A DNA stretch of 32,000 nucleotides from contig JAUIFI010000001.1 of NCBI GenBank assembly GCA_030429505.1, positions 660,001 through 692,000 of the forward strand. The letters run 5' to 3'. This DNA is from Candidatus Saccharimonadota bacterium. Lineage in GTDB: Bacteria; Patescibacteriota; Gracilibacteria; UBA4473. Below are positions 7,269 to 16,286 of this stretch, one piece after another (the first letter of the stretch is position 1; every line of letters starts with the position of its first letter). The notes beneath the pieces are model-generated. The model was not told where the DNA came from and did no database searches. It saw nothing but the letters and a program-made list of their open reading frames with translations. Made by a program: the position numbers and the translations under genes.

Positions 7269-8066
7269 ATGTCCCCAAAAAAACTCTCCAAATCCGTCCT
7301 CAAAAAAATCCAAAAGGAGCAAATAACTCCCACTGCTCGAACATATTTCATCTTCCGAAATATGGTCATAGGGGGTCTAGGAATACTTTTTTTAGTCCTC
7401 GGAATCCTAGCCTGCGCGATTATTATTCATTTTCTCAATAATGCCGAATTTCTCGAATTTGTATGGAAAGGACCGAGACAATTTCTAAAACTTCTGTGGT
7501 TTGGCATTCCAGTTTTTTGGATCATCCTACTCATCGGACTCGTATTCATCACCACCTATCTCACTCGAAAAACTCCCAAAGGATATAAATTTCCATTCGG
7601 ATGGGCATTAGGAGCTTTTTTACTCTCACAAATAATTGGAGGAATTGTCCTCGAAGGATCAAATATCGGTGAACAACTCGATCAACGTATCGCTCGACAC
7701 ATATCCTTTTATCAAAATCGCCAAGAACGTCGTCAAAAATTCTGGAAAAATCCCGAAAACGGCTTTCTCGCCGGCACTATCATTGAAATAAACGAAAACG
7801 GTATTTTACTACTCGATGATTGGAATAAAACCCAATGGACCGTTGATTTTACCAAAAGCATGATCGGTGAGCGTGTCCAGCTCCAACCTGACGAAAAAAT
7901 CCGCCTTATCGGTACCAAGGCTGGTAATACAGAGTTTATCGCTGATCAAATCCGATCCTGGAAAAGAGCACGAGGGAGAGGTTTGAGAGGGAAAAAAGAC
8001 TTTCGTCAGCCACCTCGATTTGAAAAAAAGAAAAATCATCTGCTCCCACCATTCGAAAAAAACTAG
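7269..8066 (+). CDS. Multi-pass membrane protein co-transcribed with the ECF sigma factor (possible non-canonical anti-sigma/sensor)
   Basis: It starts 5 nt after the sigma-factor stop. About 4 TM helices are followed by a soluble domain and a basic tail (KRARGRGLRGKK). There is no HxxxCxxC zinc anti-sigma motif. Confidence 0.6.
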   Translation: MSPKKLSKSVLKKIQKEQITPTARTYFIFRNMVIGGLGILFLVLGILACAIIIHFLNNAEFLEFVWKGPRQFLKLLWFGIPVFWIILLIGLVFITTYLTRKTPKGYKFPFGWALGAFLLSQIIGGIVLEGSNIGEQLDQRIARHISFYQNRQERRQKFWKNPENGFLAGTIIEINENGILLLDDWNKTQWTVDFTKSMIGERVQLQPDEKIRLIGTKAGNTEFIADQIRSWKRARGRGLRGKKDFRQPPRFEKKKNHLLPPFEKN

Positions 8067-8163
8067 AAATCATAGTACAATTCGAGTCGTGTCAGTTGAT
8101 CTCACAAAATCTCAAAGCGAAAAAAATTATTCTATCGGAAAAAGCATTTCCGTCTCTGATTTG

Positions 8164-8655
8164 ATGCAATCAGGATATACATACCAATTATCAGAACCCA
8201 TCGGAAAAAATTTTCACCCTGATTTCACACCACAATTCAGTCCAAAAGAAATGCTCTCACTAGGAGTTTTTGAAGGCAAATATCTCAACGACTGCACATC
8301 AGAATTTCCTCGAGAATGGTATGAAGAAGCTTTGAAAAAAAATAAACTTTCACCAGAAAAAGCTGATCCATCTCTTAATTATTTTGGCATCAAATCAAGA
8401 CAATCTTTATCAGTCTGGAGAGAAAAAGGCTGGATCACTCCCGACGATCCAGACATAAGAGGGTGGTTTCAGTGGTACTGTCGATACTATCTGGGACGAC
8501 GTGATCCCGTACTCGATGAAAGGCAGATCAAACGCTGGCGAGCCTTCCGACGACATCTCGGACAAATCAAAAAAAATTGTTCCCCCGGAGACCTTTTCTG
8601 CAGACCAAAACAAAGACAAGCTCTCCTCCAATGGGCTTACGATCCATTTGTATAA
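8164..8655 (+). CDS. Conserved-looking hypothetical protein, Trp/Arg-rich (GWFQWYCRYYLGRR...QIKRWRAF)
   Basis: Long ORF. The listed start at 8020 overlaps the upstream gene by 47 nt, so the in-frame ATG at 8164 is preferred. I cannot assign a family. Confidence 0.55.
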   Translation: MQSGYTYQLSEPIGKNFHPDFTPQFSPKEMLSLGVFEGKYLNDCTSEFPREWYEEALKKNKLSPEKADPSLNYFGIKSRQSLSVWREKGWITPDDPDIRGWFQWYCRYYLGRRDPVLDERQIKRWRAFRRHLGQIKKNCSPGDLFCRPKQRQALLQWAYDPFV

Positions 8656-8662
8656 GAAAAAA

Positions 8663-8684
8663 GCGAGTCCGAAGACCCGCTTTT
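8663..8684 (+). terminator. Rho-independent terminator
   Basis: Stem GCGAGTC/GACCCGC (one mismatch) with a CGAA loop, followed by TTTT. It lies 8 nt after the stop at 8655. Confidence 0.55.
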
Positions 8685-8893
8685 ACTCCTAACGAGAATA
8701 CGCTTGCCTAAGCCTGAGATTTCGCAACCACTGCTTCATCCAACAAATCTCTCATTCTTGCTCACGGACAATTCCATGAACGAAAGGGAAAATATTTTTT
8801 CATCCACAGACAACTTTACCTTAGCGTTGTAAAAAACAAAGAGAAGAAACTCTTTTTGACTCTCTCTGGCCTTCTTCGTACTATACTTGTGAT

Positions 8894-9553
8894 ATGAAAT
8901 CTCTCCTCAAACTCATTCTTCTCCTGCTAGTATTAGGCATTGGTTACTATTTCTGGTACGGAGAACTCCCGACCAAAAACAATCTTGATATCCATCTTCC
9001 CGACCTCAAACAAGACATTTCTGAAGGAGTACGTGAAATCAAAGAAACAATTCAAACCGCCAAAGAAGAACCCAATCAAAAATCTATATCTGAGAACAAT
9101 ACCCAACAACAATTTCTCCAAGCCCGAGGTATTCCTGGAATTTTCGTGATTCTTTTTTCTGATGCTATGTTAGATGATACAGGAAAACCAATCCAAAGAC
9201 CCAAACCCATTCGCGCCGAAACCTGGACATTTGGAGCGCCACATAATGTAATTTCAACTTTCGAGAACAATTTTTTTATTCAAGAAGAAAGTTCCAATCA
9301 AACTGCCGAGCTCATGAGCCATAGCATCAATCCTCTGAGCTTCACTTTCGATACAACTCAATCAGACATTAAAGAACTTCTCGGCCCCCCTGACTGCCAA
9401 ACCGAAGCTGACGGTGGATCACATACCATCCACACTCTCAAATATCAGGAAACAACCAATCGACCCTACGCCACAGTGTCTTTCCGCGATGATCAAATCA
9501 TGAGTGTGACCGTTGGTATAGCATTTTCCGAAAGTAAACAACTCTGTCCCTAA
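8894..9553 (+). CDS. Membrane-anchored hypothetical protein
   Basis: N-terminal signal-anchor LLKLILLLLVLGIGYYFW. Long ORF with no competing frame. Confidence 0.6.
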   Translation: MKSLLKLILLLLVLGIGYYFWYGELPTKNNLDIHLPDLKQDISEGVREIKETIQTAKEEPNQKSISENNTQQQFLQARGIPGIFVILFSDAMLDDTGKPIQRPKPIRAETWTFGAPHNVISTFENNFFIQEESSNQTAELMSHSINPLSFTFDTTQSDIKELLGPPDCQTEADGGSHTIHTLKYQETTNRPYATVSFRDDQIMSVTVGIAFSESKQLCP

Positions 9554-9562
9554 TATTTCTCT

Positions 9563-10480
9563 ATGAATCATAAATCTTCCGGCTTCATCATGACCTTCGC
9601 GATGGTGACCACCATCATCGTCACCGGAGGTGCGATTTTGCTCGGAAGTGCCGTCATCGAGAATGTAAACCAAAAAGGCTGTGGTCAAGCTTACGATGCC
9701 TGGAGATCGGGTGACATCTACGGTGATCTGGCAGATGCCGATAATACGGAAGTACTCGATCAAGCCCTTGATTGTCAGAAATCCATTCATGACGCGGTGC
9801 AAACTGCCAAACCCGTCGCCACACTGATTTCTGCTTCCGGTAATATCGGCGGCGGAGCTGACAATTTTGGTACACTCATCGTTGATCGTACCATGGATCT
9901 GACCGACAATTTATCCAACCCCGAACACAAACATCCTATTCGAGACGCACTCTTACCACCAGACATCACAAAACACATGGATAAAAAAGAAGAAATAACT
10001 GACAATTCCTCCTCACCCGAAAAGACAAATACCACTAACATCGACACAACAAAATCACTTCCACAAAATTTTATCGGAACACGCACCGCTGATTTTCATC
10101 ACCCAAATCAAAAAACTTTTTCTGAACAAGGAGTAGAAGTCACCATGGATGAACTTAGCGCCGGAAACCTAACCTTTGATTTTAAAGCAGACGGAAGCTT
10201 GACCTGTTCAGTAAGTATAGAAGTAAACTTTTCTACCAACTTCGTAGGACAGCAAACTCAGACTGGATCAGCTTCCGCACAATCAACCAAATGCACAGGT
10301 ACAATTGATAAAGAAGGCATTTTTATCTTTTCTGGAATACTAGATGGCACTATACAAACTGCCGGAAACAATATAAAAAACAGCGGAGCCTTCTCCGGAA
10401 GTGGTTTTATTGATGAATACGGATCACTCCTTGGAGATTTGCAAATAGGAGACAAAAACGAAATTCCGTTTGAAGGATAA
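9563..10480 (+). CDS. Membrane-anchored hypothetical protein
   Basis: N-terminal TM helix GFIMTFAMVTTIIVTGGAILLGSAV. It starts 9 nt after the previous gene, and the C-terminal half is Thr/Gly/Ser-rich. Confidence 0.6.
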   Translation: MNHKSSGFIMTFAMVTTIIVTGGAILLGSAVIENVNQKGCGQAYDAWRSGDIYGDLADADNTEVLDQALDCQKSIHDAVQTAKPVATLISASGNIGGGADNFGTLIVDRTMDLTDNLSNPEHKHPIRDALLPPDITKHMDKKEEITDNSSSPEKTNTTNIDTTKSLPQNFIGTRTADFHHPNQKTFSEQGVEVTMDELSAGNLTFDFKADGSLTCSVSIEVNFSTNFVGQQTQTGSASAQSTKCTGTIDKEGIFIFSGILDGTIQTAGNNIKNSGAFSGSGFIDEYGSLLGDLQIGDKNEIPFEG

Positions 10481-10496
10481 AAAAAAGTAATTCCTA

Positions 10497-11549
10497 TTAC
10501 CACAACCGCATCAAACACACCAACCCAATACTCACCAAAAGCCCAATAGACGCCAAACCAATGTCCTTCAAGACCAGAAACGCCGTCTCTTTGTAATTAT
10601 TTTTGTCAGTCTCCGCATGCAAGTACGTCAAAATCAACTCACGACCTGCCAATAAACCCAAAAAGACCCATGTCGTTGACATTGGGATTGAATTCATTTG
10701 TTTAAAATAAATCAAAATCAACGCCATCGTGATATCGATAAACGTCGCCGCCCGCACATCCACCACATCACGTTTCTCCTCCACGATCGACTGAATCGGC
10801 CCCCCTCGCCAATATAACAATACCCCAATCAGGAGAAACCCGATCAGCACAAACCCTGCAAAGGTATAGCTATCCATACTACGTGGTAAAAAGACCGCAA
10901 TATTCGCCGTGTCCTGCATCAACCAACTTCCCCACAAAAACGCCGTTGATGCCCACTGAGCTACTCGCCATGAGCGATGAGCTTTTTTGGATAAAGGCTT
11001 GATCAACCAGTGTCCAATAAGCTTGGCAATCAGTCCAAAGACAATGATAGCAATCACAAATGCCAACATGTACCCGATGAAAGTTTTGCTCAGCATGGCT
11101 TCGATGGTCTTGCTGGTCGCAAACATGGACAAAATCAAAAACGTCGTACTCACCGGCACACCAAATCGGGTAATCAGGAGCAAGATCGCCGGGGCGAAAA
11201 CTTGTAAGAAATGAAACGAATCTACGGGTTCAATTTTTTCCAATCGTCCAAAATCAACCCCCTCACCACTACTCCATCCCCAATAAGAAATCGCCACAAA
11301 TATCCCCCCGATAAAAAGCCACAAAACCCACCATGGAGCTTTTTTATTGGACGTCAGAAACGTCCCCAAAGTCTGAATACTATCATTGCCGATCGCCGCA
11401 ATCGCCGCCAAGGAAAACCCCGTCCACATCGCGATCGTACTATCGGTGTAGGTAAACGAGATAAAGATTGTGAGAAATATGAAAAAAAAGAGAAAGGTCT
11501 TTTCGGCTTGAACCTTTCTGAGGAAGAAATTAGAAGCTTTTTGTATCAT
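10497..11549 (-). CDS. Divergent PiT/PHO4-superfamily-like transporter (phosphate/sulfate permease-like)
   Basis: A polytopic membrane protein with duplicated motif pairs: AIGNDSIQTLGTF...GVPVSTTF, then MQDTANIAVF...IPMSTTW. These resemble the PiT GANDVAN...PVSTTH repeat. Confidence 0.55.
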   Translation of the reverse strand: MIQKASNFFLRKVQAEKTFLFFFIFLTIFISFTYTDSTIAMWTGFSLAAIAAIGNDSIQTLGTFLTSNKKAPWWVLWLFIGGIFVAISYWGWSSGEGVDFGRLEKIEPVDSFHFLQVFAPAILLLITRFGVPVSTTFLILSMFATSKTIEAMLSKTFIGYMLAFVIAIIVFGLIAKLIGHWLIKPLSKKAHRSWRVAQWASTAFLWGSWLMQDTANIAVFLPRSMDSYTFAGFVLIGFLLIGVLLYWRGGPIQSIVEEKRDVVDVRAATFIDITMALILIYFKQMNSIPMSTTWVFLGLLAGRELILTYLHAETDKNNYKETAFLVLKDIGLASIGLLVSIGLVCLMRLW

Positions 11550-11622
11550 GAAAAAATTATTTTTCCGTAATTCATTGTATGCCTATACTATTTCCGAAAC
11601 AAAATTTATTTTCCATCTTCCT

Positions 11623-12696
11623 ATGCTCACCCATCCTCAAAACAAAAAACACAAGTTCATCCTCACGACAATCCTTTTCCTCGGATTCATAATAGGTCTT
11701 ATCGTAAGTATTACGAAAGATAAGAATACTCAATTACCAAATCAAGATTCCATTCAAATCGCTCTCCAAGAACAACTTCACACAAATGTTCATATCGAAA
11801 TAGAAAAGCAAACCGAAACCCACGCCAGAGGAGCTGTGCGGTTTGTAGATGAACCAGGAGGCGGAATCTTTCTCGCTGTCAAAACTGATACTGGCTGGGA
11901 GGTACCATATCATGGCAATGGAGCAATCGTCTGTGAAGACATGCAAGCCTATGGATTTCCAGAAAACATGATCTCCGATTGCACCCCACTCGCCTCTGCT
12001 GTAGAAATTGTAGAAATCACTGATATATCCTGCGAAAACGATAATCAGTGTGAAACGCCAATGGACTATCTCGTCAAATCAAACTGTCCCTACGGTTCAC
12101 GTTGTATAGAAGGAAAATGTGCTGTAGTTTGTCCCGAAGGCTGGCACCATTTTGCCACTCCAAATGAAAAAGACATGATCGAAACCATTCCCCCAGAAAA
12201 ACTGCTTTCCTCCTATGCTGATCCGACGGAACTTGAAAATAAAAATTTACCCAAAGGCACCTTTGCCTTCAATGAATCGGGGAATTTTTACGGAGAACTT
12301 TTTGTACGAGGATACATAACTACCAAAGAAATCCCCACCGCTTTTTGTGAAGAAAATTGTGATACCGAACAAGGAGTCTTCCTCAATATATTAGAAACGG
12401 GAAACAATGAATTTCAACTTTTCCTCGAAAAAAACAGAGACAACAGTTATGTCGAAAATACTCCCCCACGAGTCATGATCGGATGTCACAAAGGTGATAA
12501 CATTATCTATTTCAATCACTCGGATGAATTAGGCATGAAAGAATTTCTTATCTCTTCAGACGATACTCGCAGCTTTCTTCAAACAAGCTCAGATCAGCCA
12601 TCCTATTTTCGACTAGAAAAATATACCCTCAGCGGAGGTATGGGAGCTCCGACCTGTTATTCACATTTTACGGAAATTGAAAGATTGTTGGACTAG
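11623..12696 (+). CDS. Signal-anchored Cys-rich hypothetical protein
   Basis: The charged N-terminus MLTHPQNKKHK is followed by the TM helix FILTTILFLGFIIGLIV. There are many Cys residues (CENDNQCETP...CPYGSRCIEGKCAVVCP). The listed start at 11548 would overlap the divergent start at 11549. Confidence 0.55.
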   Translation: MLTHPQNKKHKFILTTILFLGFIIGLIVSITKDKNTQLPNQDSIQIALQEQLHTNVHIEIEKQTETHARGAVRFVDEPGGGIFLAVKTDTGWEVPYHGNGAIVCEDMQAYGFPENMISDCTPLASAVEIVEITDISCENDNQCETPMDYLVKSNCPYGSRCIEGKCAVVCPEGWHHFATPNEKDMIETIPPEKLLSSYADPTELENKNLPKGTFAFNESGNFYGELFVRGYITTKEIPTAFCEENCDTEQGVFLNILETGNNEFQLFLEKNRDNSYVENTPPRVMIGCHKGDNIIYFNHSDELGMKEFLISSDDTRSFLQTSSDQPSYFRLEKYTLSGGMGAPTCYSHFTEIERLLD

Positions 12697-12723
12697 AGAT
12701 ACTAATAAGTATGATCTTCCCGA

Positions 12724-12743
12724 TTTTTCATATCCTCAAAAGA
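12724..12743. repeat. Direct repeat copy 1 (TTTTTCATATCCTCAAAAGA), a remnant of the DUF1801 gene 3' end
   Basis: An identical 20-mer occurs at 13583-13602, and similarity extends to about 33 nt with 3 mismatches. The minus-strand frame reads ...RLIKISFEDMK, against LIKVSFEDMK in the intact gene. Confidence 0.85.
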
Positions 12744-12876
12744 TATTTTAATCAATCTTTTGGTTGGAATATGTTGAAAAGTTTGGTTTGACCCAAAGGA
12801 ATTATAATAAAAAGAAAAAAGCCCTATTTGTTATTGCAGTTGGGCTTCTGCAGATTTCAAACCGAAGGAGAAATAT

Positions 12877-13203
12877 TCAACTACTACACGAACGACCTAC
12901 CGTATATTGCCTATAATCAACAATAAATATAGAAAGCATGCACAGAAATGATCCAAACAAAATATTCGTTATGCCCAACGCAACTGGATTGAAATCCAGA
13001 AAGTAAAAGCTAACAACAATAGATACAATGAATTTAAAAATAAAAAAAGAAACAAACACTAATAAGTCGTCTGACGTACAGGCATCCCAACGAAAAAAAA
13101 ACGAGAGATATCCCAGAACAATGTAAAAGATTACAAGGAAGGCATTTCCCACAGTGGAGAAAAAACCACCCATGGAGAAAAAATCATCAACAGGGAGGTA
13201 CAT
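12877..13203 (-). CDS. Small 3-TM membrane protein (108 aa), hypothetical
   Basis: Strong RBS AAGGAG 7 nt upstream of the ATG at 13203. Three hydrophobic helices. A weak hairpin with a T-run lies downstream at about 12820-12846. Confidence 0.55.
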   Translation of the reverse strand: MYLPVDDFFSMGGFFSTVGNAFLVIFYIVLGYLSFFFRWDACTSDDLLVFVSFFIFKFIVSIVVSFYFLDFNPVALGITNILFGSFLCMLSIFIVDYRQYTVGRSCSS

Positions 13204-13572
13204 GTAATCACTCCTTCGATTTGTTAAAGAAAGTTAGAATAATTTGTCTTTAGAGAGATGTCTGCCTTTGACCTTCATTATTCTTTCCGACAAATTATCT
13301 AATTACATAGTAATGATTTTTCAAAAAAAGTCAATACTTTTTCACAGAATTTTGGAAAAGAAATCACATAGAAAGCTCGTATCGTATTCGTAATGTTTTT
13401 CGTCTAGCTTATTTGACCTATTTGAATGGGGTACTAGCAAATGCAGGTGTGAGGATTTTTATGACTTTTGCTTTTTTTATAGCCCACACCTAAAAACAAA
13501 GTTCTTAATCCGCAGAAATCAAGCCCAATCCTACGTGATCGGCGTACTTTCCAATACCCCGACTGATTTTTT

Positions 13573-13992
13573 TTATTGTTTCTTTTTCATATCCTCAAAA
13601 GACACTTTTATCAGTTCTCGCAGAATATCCAAATTCACATCAGATAACTTTTTGATGTACAAACAACAACCAGAGCTAATTTTATGCTTACCAAGTTTTT
13701 TGAGGAGTTCTGGATATTTGCTCGGACCAGACATGATGTAGAGCGAGAGTTGTTGCTTCCGTGGAGAAAAAGCCGTCAACATCCAATCCCCTTCCTGCTT
13801 ACTTCGTTGAGATTTATAGTGATAAAAACCAAAACCAATGATACTCGTCCCCCACATGACGGGTTTTTCTCCGGTGATTTTACTAAAAATTTTGACGAGT
13901 TGGTGACTATCAGCTCGTTTTTGTTCATCATCGAGGCTTTCGATAAAGTCGGTGACACTCGCATCGTTTTTCTGGGTTTTGAGTTCAGCCAT
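13573..13992 (-). CDS. DUF1801 (YdhG-like) domain protein
   Basis: From MAELKTQKNDASVTDFIESL...PVMWGTSIIGFGFYHYKSQRSKQEGDWMLTAFSPRKQQLSLYIM the pattern is typical DUF1801. The listed start at 14043 adds an implausible hydrophobic extension. Confidence 0.75.
   Translation of the reverse strand: MAELKTQKNDASVTDFIESLDDEQKRADSHQLVKIFSKITGEKPVMWGTSIIGFGFYHYKSQRSKQEGDWMLTAFSPRKQQLSLYIMSGPSKYPELLKKLGKHKISSGCCLYIKKLSDVNLDILRELIKVSFEDMKKKQ
13583..13602. repeat. Direct repeat copy 2, inside the last codons of the DUF1801 gene
   Basis: Identical 20-mer to 12724-12743. Confidence 0.85.
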
Positions 13993-14199
13993 ACCTTTGA
14001 AATAATTTACTTCAGTATAGCAAAGGAACAAATAAATGAACATTACATTCCTACATTCATTTGTTCAGTCCCCACTAAATTTTCCTGATAAGAGACTCTG
14101 TTATTCAGTAAATTATTACTACAAACTTTACCCCAAATAGCGAAGTCATCTCAGGAGAAATTACGATAGAAAAATTAGAATGTTTGAAAGTCCTTATTT

Positions 14200-15285
14200 T
14201 TAGAAAGTAACTAAATCCTTCTCCACTTCTTGCGAAACAAAAGTTTTTCCTTCTTTTTTCTCACCTGCAGGTTCAGATATTTGCATTTGATGAAGTTTTA
14301 AGTATTTCGAAACATCTTTAAAAATTATATTTGCTAGTTGTCTTGCAAATTCAACTGGCACTGCATTTCCAATCATTTTATATCCATCCGCAACATTATC
14401 ATATTTAAACAAAAAACAATCCGGAAAAGTTTGTATTCTTGCGCATTCACGAACAGAAAGCCTTCTGTATAAATCTTCTTTTCCAGGCACAAAAGCCCTT
14501 TTATTCTGCTCAATAAATTTCATTTTAGGAGCTTGTGGATGAATTGGAGCATGGCGACCTCCTGCTTGAATAGTAAAACTTGGCTCATCCCAACTTCTGA
14601 CACGATTTCTTGACATATAAATAGTAGAAAAACCACCATTCATATACTCGTGATTAAGAGCAGAAAGTTTTTCATTTCCATTAGTATAGTTTTTTTCTTT
14701 AGCAGGTTTTGCAGGCCCTAAATCCCAAATAGCATCTTTGAGAGTTTGTCTTGGTAATATTTCTTTTGGAGAACTAAAAGTTTTCCCTATTTTTTTATGG
14801 TATCCCACAATGATAACCCTTTTTCTATCTTGTGGAACTCCGTAATCATTCGCATTTAAAAGAAAATACGAAACATTGTAATTTAAAGACTTAAACTCAT
14901 TGAGAATATTCTGAAATGCTTCTTTATGTCTTGAAAGGAGAATACCTGAAACATTTTCCGCCAGGAAAAATAATGGTTCTTTTTCTTTTAAAATTCTTAT
15001 ATATTCATAAAAAAGTTGTCCTCTTTTATCGTTTATCCCTCTTCCTGCCCCTGCTTCACTCCAGCTTTGACATGGAGGACCACCAATAATTCCTACAGAA
15101 TCAGGAACATCAGAGCTAGGGACATCAATAATACTTCTTTTGTCTAAATGAGTCTTTGGAAAATTATGTTCAAAAGTATCCCAAATTGTTTTATCAAATT
15201 CATTTGCAAAAATAGTCTCAAAACCTGCTTGATGAAAGCCAAGATCAAGACCACCTGCACCGCTAAAAAGAGAAACTATTTTCAT
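14200..15285 (-). CDS. DNA (cytosine-5)-methyltransferase, M.HaeIII-like (predicted GGCC specificity)
   Basis: Motif I LFSGAGGLDLGF, IV GGPPCQSWS, VI FLAENV, VIII QDRKRV and X GNAVPV. The variable region (NHEYMNGGFSTIYMSRNRVRSWDEPSFTIQAGGRHAPIHPQAP) is collinear with the M.HaeIII sequence as I recall it. Confidence 0.95.
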   Translation of the reverse strand: MKIVSLFSGAGGLDLGFHQAGFETIFANEFDKTIWDTFEHNFPKTHLDKRSIIDVPSSDVPDSVGIIGGPPCQSWSEAGAGRGINDKRGQLFYEYIRILKEKEPLFFLAENVSGILLSRHKEAFQNILNEFKSLNYNVSYFLLNANDYGVPQDRKRVIIVGYHKKIGKTFSSPKEILPRQTLKDAIWDLGPAKPAKEKNYTNGNEKLSALNHEYMNGGFSTIYMSRNRVRSWDEPSFTIQAGGRHAPIHPQAPKMKFIEQNKRAFVPGKEDLYRRLSVRECARIQTFPDCFLFKYDNVADGYKMIGNAVPVEFARQLANIIFKDVSKYLKLHQMQISEPAGEKKEGKTFVSQEVEKDLVTF

Positions 15286-16274
15286 GATTCTTTCTGTCTA
15301 TGGACAATATTTAGAGTGTTTTTATACAAACTTTTTGGAGACTTTAAAAGGTTGACATCAAACTTTAATGAAGGCTCAACTCTTGAGCTCGCATTATGAA
15401 TTCTAAAAGATAAAGCCCAATCATTATTAAATTTCACGATAACCGTTGTTTGAGAATTTTCTTTAAAAGAAATATCCGTTATTTCTGTTGGAAGCAAAAC
15501 CTGTGGTGTTTTATATTTTGGCTCAATATCCTTGAAAGAAAGGTTTAGTGTTCCATTTATATTATAGGCATGTATTTCAACGGTATTTTTACTTTTTATA
15601 ACTTTGTAAAAATCTTGATTTCCGGTTAAATAGGCAACAAGGTTTCTTGATATTTCTTTCGGATTTTCTTCATGCAGTCTTTTAAGTTCTGTTACAAATG
15701 CTTGCAGTATTGGAACATATACTGAAGAATGATGATCTTCAAGCTCACTCCACTTTGCAGTGGCATTACTTTTTTGACGGATTTCTTTTAAGTTTTTAAA
15801 AATAGGAGTTACAGAGTCAAAATATTCTTTTGAAACTTTTCTATTAAGCCATTTATCTCCAAAATCTATATCAGCAGAGAGTCTTGAATGTTTAACCGCT
15901 TTATGATTATTTTTGGCAGATACTCCAATTTCCCATTTTTGCAAAAGTCTTATCGCAAGAACGTCTCTTACGTCTCCATTTTTTCCGTGATCGTCTGACA
16001 ATATCTCTAACTGTAGAATATCTTCCTTTCCAATATCATTTGAAAGCCTAGGTTCAATATCCATAAGAAAGTTAACGGCAAAACTTGCCGAAATAAGATA
16101 TTCACTTTTTTCTATTTTGGTCACTTTTTCAAAGCAATCCTTGGCAATAATAAAAGCTGAATTAGCAATAACTTTTACGTTTGTTTTATTTCTTAGCTTT
16201 TCCTCAAATTGAATAAGAAGAGCATATTCAAAAGACTTTCCAGTAATCATTTGCTTTGAAATTCTTATTACCAT
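15282..16274 (-). CDS. Probable type II restriction endonuclease partner of the methyltransferase
   Basis: A 330-aa ORF whose TGA overlaps the methyltransferase ATG (ATGA, 15282-15285). It has the same low-GC composition and matches no housekeeping family. The endonuclease call rests on context only. Confidence 0.6.
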   Translation of the reverse strand: MVIRISKQMITGKSFEYALLIQFEEKLRNKTNVKVIANSAFIIAKDCFEKVTKIEKSEYLISASFAVNFLMDIEPRLSNDIGKEDILQLEILSDDHGKNGDVRDVLAIRLLQKWEIGVSAKNNHKAVKHSRLSADIDFGDKWLNRKVSKEYFDSVTPIFKNLKEIRQKSNATAKWSELEDHHSSVYVPILQAFVTELKRLHEENPKEISRNLVAYLTGNQDFYKVIKSKNTVEIHAYNINGTLNLSFKDIEPKYKTPQVLLPTEITDISFKENSQTTVIVKFNNDWALSFRIHNASSRVEPSLKFDVNLLKSPKSLYKNTLNIVHRQKES

Positions 16275-16286
16275 AGCAGGAGTAAA

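Noticed and set aside
7269-8066. Classical zinc-binding anti-sigma factor (ZAS) call for the gene after the ECF sigma factor.
   Set aside because: There is no HxxxCxxC motif and almost no cytoplasmic N-terminal domain. Only the looser call of a membrane partner is retained.
13204-13572. The 370-nt ORF-free stretch, examined for a tRNA, riboswitch or other ncRNA.
   Set aside because: It has only weak hairpins (AGGTGTG...CACACCT with a 32-nt loop, and CGGGGTA...TACGCCG with a mismatch). There is no T-loop or anticodon-arm pattern and no motif I recognise. It is left unannotated.
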